DNA from: a bacterium
Lineage (GTDB): Bacteria > Patescibacteriota > Saccharimonadia > Saccharimonadales > SZUA-47
NCBI GenBank assembly: GCA_009923445.1
Contig: RFTN01000001.1
Coordinates: 4,523 to 68,522 of the forward strand
DNA length: 64,000 nt
Direction of reading: 5' to 3'
The stretch's first letter is position 1, and the number at the start of each line of letters is the position of its first letter. The notes under the pieces are model-generated. The model did not search any database. It was not told the DNA's origin and worked only from the letters and a program-made list of their open reading frames with translations. The translations under genes were made by a program, and so were the position numbers. Of the stretch, positions 58,380 through 64,000 are shown in pieces.

Positions 58380-59330
58380 CCCGTGGGGGCAGAAACACAG
58401 TGCGTTTTCTACTTGGTTTGAGGAATTGGTGAGCTGAGTAGTTTGCCTAATATGAGCTCAAACATGGGTGTATCGCTCTTGCGATTTGAGTAACGAAAAG
58501 CGTATTCATTAGCATAGTGCTGTAAGTAGATTGGATCACAGTGGCGATAGACGCCGTAGATGCCACGCTTGAATTGGCTCCAAAAGTTCTCGACGTTTTG
58601 GGTGTGTACCCAGCCTACAACGTATTGTTGCTTGCCATGGTTGACCGTCTCATGCAAGTAACCACGTTTCTTAAGCAAACGGTACGAGCCATATTCATCG
58701 CTATAGATCGTTGCGTTCTGATCTATGTTCTTTTGGATTTCAGGTACTAATACCCGAGTACCTGAGCTTTTAACATGCTTGATTCTGGCGCGTCCACCTC
58801 GTTCTACCATACCGAATAAAACTTGGCTATTATGTGGTTTAGCTGAACTGCGCTTTTGAGGGTTAGGGTGCATGTAGGCTTCATCAACTTCAACATCTGT
58901 ATTGAGTTGAGTATTGTCGTAGGCCATCATAAGGCGAACTTGTTTGAAGATACGCCAGGCAGTTTTATAGGTTACGCCGGAGATTCGTTGGAATTGTAGG
59001 GCTGACATACCCGAACGAGTATTGGTCATAAAGAAGATCGCCAAAAACCATGTTCTCAGGTCAGTCGTAGACTTATGAAATGGCGTACCAGCTAGAGGGT
59101 AAAGTTGGCAACCACATTGGCATTGGTAGGCTGGACGGTTAGGCAGTTTATGGAAGCCGTCGTACAACCCACAGGCAGTACAGGGCTTGTCTGCGAAGTG
59201 CATTTTCCAGAGGTAATCTAAGCAGGAGTCACTAGTAGGAAACTTCTGCTTAAACTCTTGGATTGTGAACTTCATATCTGTTAATAGTATACTCCAGAGA
59301 TGTTATGGCGTCAAGGGATAATTGCCCTTT
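58380..59330 (-). mobile_element. IS1595-family insertion sequence (approximate boundaries; terminal inverted repeats not resolved by eye)
   Basis: Single transposase ORF of IS1595 type. A GC-rich palindrome CTGCCC...GGGCAG sits at the 3' side. Confidence 0.4.
58409..59275 (-). CDS. IS1595-family DDE transposase
   Basis: N-terminal zinc-ribbon (CTACG...CQCGCQ), and a DDE core with D in VEVDEAYM, D in IYSDEYGSY, E in NVENFWSQFKR. Confidence 0.8.
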   Translation of the reverse strand: MKFTIQEFKQKFPTSDSCLDYLWKMHFADKPCTACGLYDGFHKLPNRPAYQCQCGCQLYPLAGTPFHKSTTDLRTWFLAIFFMTNTRSGMSALQFQRISGVTYKTAWRIFKQVRLMMAYDNTQLNTDVEVDEAYMHPNPQKRSSAKPHNSQVLFGMVERGGRARIKHVKSSGTRVLVPEIQKNIDQNATIYSDEYGSYRLLKKRGYLHETVNHGKQQYVVGWVHTQNVENFWSQFKRGIYGVYRHCDPIYLQHYANEYAFRYSNRKSDTPMFELILGKLLSSPIPQTK

Positions 59331-59705
59331 TTAGCTTTGTTTTGCTAGAATAGCACGTATTGTTTCAACAAGTTCACCAGGTGTTGTATGTGCTTTAACA
59401 ATATAGTCTTCGATATCATGATGCCAAAGTGTTTTAGGTGCTTCTGAGCTGTTGATATTTGTCAGTACTATAATAGGTGCGGTAAGTGTGCTGTAGTTTT
59501 TGCGGTATAGTTCTAAAAATTGTTCACCGTCCATCACGGGCATTTTAAGGTCTAATAATATTAAATCGGGTACATTATTTTCGAGTAGTTTTAATGCCTC
59601 TAAACCGTTGTATGCCTGTAAGCATGTGTAACCGCTATGCTCTAATTTAATTTTGTACAGCGTTGAAATGTTGAAATCGTCTTCGACAAGTAGTACTTTT
59701 GACAT
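59331..59705 (-). CDS. Stand-alone receiver-domain protein (CheY-like), paralog of 54446..54814
   Basis: KVLLVEDD...LLDLKMPVMDG...TN..SEAP...KA. Shares the SEAP region and overall pattern with the other orphan REC. Confidence 0.7.
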   Translation of the reverse strand: MSKVLLVEDDFNISTLYKIKLEHSGYTCLQAYNGLEALKLLENNVPDLILLDLKMPVMDGEQFLELYRKNYSTLTAPIIVLTNINSSEAPKTLWHHDIEDYIVKAHTTPGELVETIRAILAKQS

Positions 59706-59858
59706 TTGTTTGTAAAATAAAAAACTTGATTTATTAATATAATTATGCTAATATATTTCTAGGTTTAAAACCATTGCACTTTTGAAACATAACACACCGA
59801 CGCCTTAATTACTAAGGTTTGGTGTGTTTTTTTGTTTTTAAAGTCGCTAGAAATTTTT

Positions 59859-60713
59859 ATGATTACACAAGAATTAGGTTCGGTAGAATATAATCCAGGT
59901 TATAAGCAGGTTGAGGTTTATGACGAGTTTAATGCACCTTATGGGGGTCATAAAGTTGTTGTATTAGGTTCTTGCGACTGGAGAGCAAAAGCTGCTTTTG
60001 ACATTGAGCTTTTTAATATGATGATGTTGGGCGATCCTGAAGAGCTTGCTAGGCAAGATTTGATAAATGGTTTTGAAAATGCCAAATTCTTAGCTTTATA
60101 TAATAATGACGAATATCCTGCGGACTATAATATGCTTGGTGTTGTTCGTATAACAGATGCAGATCCTAAAACAGGTGAAATTGGTACGATTCATGAAATA
60201 GCAAAAGTTACCGGTGATTCTTATGACGATGTGTTTAAGCACTTCGTGGCTCAGACTGGACAAACTGACCCTACGAAAGTTTTTGATATAACTACGTACG
60301 GCATGTCTCCGTTAGTATGGGAACGTGCAAATGAAGACAAAGAATTGTTTCAAAATACAAAATACAATTTAATGTATGCAATGTCTTATGAGGGCGTTAA
60401 GCAGTATCAGCAAGAAGGTAAGTCCACCGCATTAGCTTATTTTAACGCATTTTCTAAAAATTATTTTGTTAACAAAGGCTACGATTGGAAGGATTTGAAC
60501 GGCTATCTGCCTAAAAACGACGTGTTCATTAACGATAATGGTATTGAGGTAGTAGGTCAGTTGGTAGTGCCTACAGTTTTAGACATAAAAGAACACATTG
60601 ATCGTATGAATAATGGGTTAACTTTACACCTAGGTGAAATTGCGACGTTTATGTTTTCGAAGGGCGTTACTTTACCGAAGCCGCAAGCTATGCATACAAG
60701 ACGGGCAAGTTAA
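59859..60713 (+). CDS. Hypothetical soluble protein (about 285 aa) between the orphan REC and the multi-TM histidine kinase
   Basis: ORF only. Start chosen at ATG 59859 rather than TTG 59832. Confidence 0.3.
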   Translation: MITQELGSVEYNPGYKQVEVYDEFNAPYGGHKVVVLGSCDWRAKAAFDIELFNMMMLGDPEELARQDLINGFENAKFLALYNNDEYPADYNMLGVVRITDADPKTGEIGTIHEIAKVTGDSYDDVFKHFVAQTGQTDPTKVFDITTYGMSPLVWERANEDKELFQNTKYNLMYAMSYEGVKQYQQEGKSTALAYFNAFSKNYFVNKGYDWKDLNGYLPKNDVFINDNGIEVVGQLVVPTVLDIKEHIDRMNNGLTLHLGEIATFMFSKGVTLPKPQAMHTRRAS

Positions 60714-60750
60714 ACTTGCTCGAACTTAACTTATTAAGCATAATTACATT

Positions 60751-62916
60751 GTGAGTGTTACCCTATCAATTGCAGTTATTTCTGCAGCACTTAATATTTT
60801 AATTGCTACCCTAATTGCTGCAAGGGGGCTTAAAAACAGTATAAATATTACATTTTTTTCCCTTAGTCTTATTATAGCTATTTGGTCTGTAGCTATTGGT
60901 ATCTCTACGGACACTGGCAGCGTAAAAATATCAGAAATTACATCACAAATCACGTATGGTTTAAGCGGCGTAGTTGTTGCGTTATCGTTATTATTTATAG
61001 TACTTTTAGGCGCAAGATCAAGGCAGTATCAAAAAAAATTAATTAATAGAATTGGCTTCTTAAGTCTATTTTTGTTGCCGTTCTTTTTTACGCGACTAGT
61101 TTACTATGCAATCGGTATTGATGAGTTTGGATACGGCATATTAGCGCCGGTATATGTCGTATATCTTCTAGGCGGCCTTGTATTAATGGCAAGAGAAATA
61201 TTTTTTACATTAAATAATGGTAGTCAAACACAAAAACAACAAACAAAAATAGTTGCCAATGGATTATTGATAACTATAGCTAGTGTGGGTATTTTGAATG
61301 TACTTATACCTACCATAACCGGCAATGAGTCAGTTACTGCAATTAGTCCTATAATGTCGGTATTTTTTGTATCTGTAACTGGTTACGCAATAATTAAGCA
61401 CAAGTTTTTTGACTTTAAGGCGGTTGTGGCTCGTGCTGCAGCATACTTGTTAACGACAGTCATTTTAGTCGTGACATATGTGGGCTTGGCTTTTATGGCT
61501 AAAAAAATACTATTCCCCGAGACTATAGTTACTACGCTACAGCTAATATCTAACATCGCTCTATCTATACTTTTAGTTGTTAGTTACCCCTATATTAAGC
61601 GTGGCTTTAATAGGTTTACAAACAGGTACTTTTTTAGAGACGCTTATGACCCCCAGCTATTTTTAGACGAGCTTAATAAAACGCTTGTGTCGAGCCTTGA
61701 TATCAGTGAACTTTTACAAAAAAGTTCACTGATTATTGATGCAAACCTAAAGTCACAATCATGCAGCTTTTATATACGCGATACTTCCTACTTTAGTAGC
61801 CGTTTGCTAGGAGATAATCAAGCAAAAATTACAGAATTAGAAATGCGCACCATTCAGGATTTGTTAGTACGAGTGCATAAAAAAGTTATTACGACTGCAC
61901 TTGATGGCGATACGCCAGAAGAAGCAGAGATAATTGAGATACTTAAAAAACATAACATCGAAATTTTGGCGCGCTTGGAAAGTAAGCCAAACTTAGATTC
62001 TGTAGGCATAGGCTATTTTGTATTGGGTAGCAAGCGCAGCGGTAATATGTATAGCTCACAAGACGTTAAAATCATTGAAATTGTGGCTAACGAGCTTGTT
62101 ATAGCCGTCGAAAACTCGATGCGGTTTGAAGAAATCGAGCAGTTTAACGTAACACTTCAAAAAAAGATCGACAACGCCACAACAGCACTTAAAAGGAGCA
62201 ATACAAAGCTTGTTGCCCTTGACGAGGCTAAAGATGAATTTATTAGTATGGCCAGCCACCAATTGCGCACCCCGCTTACAAGCGTTAAGGGGTATTTAAG
62301 CATGCTTGCAGAAGGTGATGCGGGAAATTTGAATGAAACCCAAAAGAAGTTTATTGACCAGGCCTTTATAAGCAGCCAGCGCATGGTGTATTTAATTGCC
62401 GATCTGCTTAATGTGTCACGACTCAAAACTGGTAAATTTGTTATTGAAGCAACAGAAGTGTATTTACCCGATGTTATAGAGTCAGAAATTGCCCAGCTTA
62501 GCGAAACAGTTAAGTCGCGCGAGCTGACAATGGTGTTTAATAAACCGGAAACGTTCCCCAAAATGCAGCTAGATGAGACAAAGATACGTCAAGTAATTAT
62601 GAACTTTGCCGACAACGCTATTTACTACACCCCAGCTGGCGGCAAAATAGTCATAAATCTAGAGGAAGTTAAAGGTGTTGCGGAGTTCACCGTAACAGAT
62701 ACTGGTTTAGGCGTGCCTAAGGCCGAACAACATCATTTGTTTACCAAGTTTTACAGGGCCGGTAACGCCCGCAAAGCTCGCCCTGATGGCACAGGTTTGG
62801 GGCTATTTATGGCCAAAAAAGTGATAGTGGCCAGCGGTGGCGCAATTATATTTAAAAGCGTGCTAGGCAAGGGAAGCACCTTTGGCTTTAGGTTCAATAT
62901 TCCTAAGACTAAGTAA
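60751..62916 (+). CDS. Sensor histidine kinase with large N-terminal polytopic (about 7 TM) sensor domain
   Basis: H-box SHQLRTPLTSVKGY, N/G boxes (NFADNAIYYT, DTGLGVP, GLGLFMAK), and a coiled-coil linker. Confidence 0.75.
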   Translation: MSVTLSIAVISAALNILIATLIAARGLKNSINITFFSLSLIIAIWSVAIGISTDTGSVKISEITSQITYGLSGVVVALSLLFIVLLGARSRQYQKKLINRIGFLSLFLLPFFFTRLVYYAIGIDEFGYGILAPVYVVYLLGGLVLMAREIFFTLNNGSQTQKQQTKIVANGLLITIASVGILNVLIPTITGNESVTAISPIMSVFFVSVTGYAIIKHKFFDFKAVVARAAAYLLTTVILVVTYVGLAFMAKKILFPETIVTTLQLISNIALSILLVVSYPYIKRGFNRFTNRYFFRDAYDPQLFLDELNKTLVSSLDISELLQKSSLIIDANLKSQSCSFYIRDTSYFSSRLLGDNQAKITELEMRTIQDLLVRVHKKVITTALDGDTPEEAEIIEILKKHNIEILARLESKPNLDSVGIGYFVLGSKRSGNMYSSQDVKIIEIVANELVIAVENSMRFEEIEQFNVTLQKKIDNATTALKRSNTKLVALDEAKDEFISMASHQLRTPLTSVKGYLSMLAEGDAGNLNETQKKFIDQAFISSQRMVYLIADLLNVSRLKTGKFVIEATEVYLPDVIESEIAQLSETVKSRELTMVFNKPETFPKMQLDETKIRQVIMNFADNAIYYTPAGGKIVINLEEVKGVAEFTVTDTGLGVPKAEQHHLFTKFYRAGNARKARPDGTGLGLFMAKKVIVASGGAIIFKSVLGKGSTFGFRFNIPKTK

Positions 62917-62985
62917 ACTCACCCAAGAACCATTAGCATAACTTTATTGACAAATTAGCATAACTATGTTAATATTTGTGAAGTT

Positions 62986-63978
62986 ATGAATGCGGCGCAA
63001 CAATCAATTGTAGAGTCATTGCCACATTTGCCCATAGGTGTTGAACATCCTCAGGCATTGGGCTTATTTGCTGTTGGTGCAGCTGCATACATGGGCATGC
63101 GAGCAATGTATGACAATAAAGATAGTGCTGCATATGTTGATTTTGCAAATCCAGCAGTACTCAACGAAGTAGTACACCCATCACCAAACAAAGCCCGTAG
63201 ATCAACACTACGAGATACTGCATGTGCAGTGGTTGGTTTTACGGCTTTAGGCATTGGTCTCATTGGTCAACCGTTTAGTGAACAAACGACAGTTACAGAT
63301 AAAGCCGCAACAGTTGTTATACTGGACGAATCATTCTCGATGTCTAATACGTTAGATATTGGCGTTAGCTCGCGATTAGACGCAGCCCGCATAGCGTTAC
63401 AATCAACAACATTACAAAATAGTCAGCTGGCCCTTGTAGAGGCTGGTGCCACTAGCGTAGTCGCTATGCCAATGACAGATGTATGGACACGGCAATCGCT
63501 TACAGATACATTAGCAGTTAAAAATAGGGTCGACCCAAATGGTACACAATTAGTTGATTCTATTAAGTTAAGCTCATCGCTATTGCCTGCAGACGCCGAA
63601 AAAAAGACAATCGTAATCGTATCTGATGGAACCATTCAAGATGAACTAACAGATTTACAAGCTGCATCTGAAAAACTAAAATCTAATGCTATTGGCGTTA
63701 AAGTAATTGCTGTCGGTACGCCTAATGCCAACTACCAACTATCTGCAAGTTCACCGGTTGTACAGTCTGGCGTTAAGACCGACAAGCTGCAAGTACTAGA
63801 CGATAACATACAAGTAGTAGCTACCTCTGCAGATGTTAATAAAGCGGTTGACGATGTATTAAACAGCGCTAACAAAGTGCCTGTTAGACAACGTTGGTTT
63901 GGTTTAGAAGTAGCTGGCGGTATATTGGCAGTTTTTGGAGTAACTAAATTAGGTAAAAAAGGCCTTTTAGGTCGTTAA
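62986..63978 (+). CDS. von Willebrand factor type A (vWA) domain membrane protein (BatA-like)
   Basis: MIDAS DxSxS motif (VVILDESFSMS), N-terminal TM and C-terminal TM anchor. Confidence 0.55.
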   Translation: MNAAQQSIVESLPHLPIGVEHPQALGLFAVGAAAYMGMRAMYDNKDSAAYVDFANPAVLNEVVHPSPNKARRSTLRDTACAVVGFTALGIGLIGQPFSEQTTVTDKAATVVILDESFSMSNTLDIGVSSRLDAARIALQSTTLQNSQLALVEAGATSVVAMPMTDVWTRQSLTDTLAVKNRVDPNGTQLVDSIKLSSSLLPADAEKKTIVIVSDGTIQDELTDLQAASEKLKSNAIGVKVIAVGTPNANYQLSASSPVVQSGVKTDKLQVLDDNIQVVATSADVNKAVDDVLNSANKVPVRQRWFGLEVAGGILAVFGVTKLGKKGLLGR

Positions 63979-64000
63979 GGAGATTATTATGAGCGATTCA

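Noticed and set aside
270-62561. Numerous 60-190-aa ORFs antisense to or embedded in the large annotated genes (e.g. 270..503, 570..854, 1201..1482, 2414..2842, 7130..7690, 15966..16391, 32975..33409, 34004..34537, 62157..62561)
   Set aside because: They overlap well-supported genes on the opposite strand or in other frames, have low-complexity or Ser/Arg-rich translations and no motifs. These are typical shadow ORFs.
1-64000. CRISPR arrays, rRNA genes, prophage structural genes
   Set aside because: No regularly spaced direct repeats with spacers were seen. No rRNA-like conserved stretches and no capsid, terminase or portal-like ORFs were found. The only mobile-element protein recognised is the IS1595 transposase.

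Overview
This 64 kb window is a gene-dense, low-GC (~40% by eye) bacterial chromosome segment. Its gene content is consistent with a reduced-genome, Saccharibacteria-like (CPR) organism; that taxonomic call is inference from gene content only. The core genes read from the sequence are listed below.
- A heat-shock operon hrcA-grpE-dnaK followed by a zinc-finger-less dnaJ, with a perfect CIRCE operator upstream of dnaK and a degenerate CIRCE upstream of hrcA.
- A RimK ATP-grasp ligase with a retropepsin-like partner and a DUF192 gene.
- comEC, yebC and ruvCAB.
- A contiguous type IV pilus locus on the minus strand: pilB, pilC, major pilin pilA with its own terminator, two pseudopilins (one of 529 aa), a PilX-like 527-aa protein, and pilMNO.
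- recA-recX, tsaE-tsaB, RNase Y, a P1B-like P-type ATPase, glyA, murB, cardiolipin synthase, a NUDIX hydrolase, folD and murD.
- Two classical two-component systems plus two paralogous orphan receiver proteins and a large multi-TM histidine kinase.
- Eight tRNA genes: Lys-TTT, Pro-TGG, His-GTG, Arg-TCT, Trp-CCA, Arg-TCG and Lys-CTT, plus terminators.
The most notable items are:
- a type-1 microbial rhodopsin with an intact retinal lysine and a D-T-S motif, with no retinal-synthesis genes in view;
- an XRE-HTH::MurA fusion protein;
- a ~3.5 kb higher-GC island carrying an IS1595-family transposase and a frameshifted replication-relaxation gene;
- tRNA-Lys loci flanked by tRNA 3'-end direct repeats and a shared ~30-nt motif;
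- two patches of degenerate tRNA-like sequence next to tRNA-Arg genes;
- a PP-loop-like unknown protein translationally coupled to murD.
No CRISPR array or rRNA was seen.
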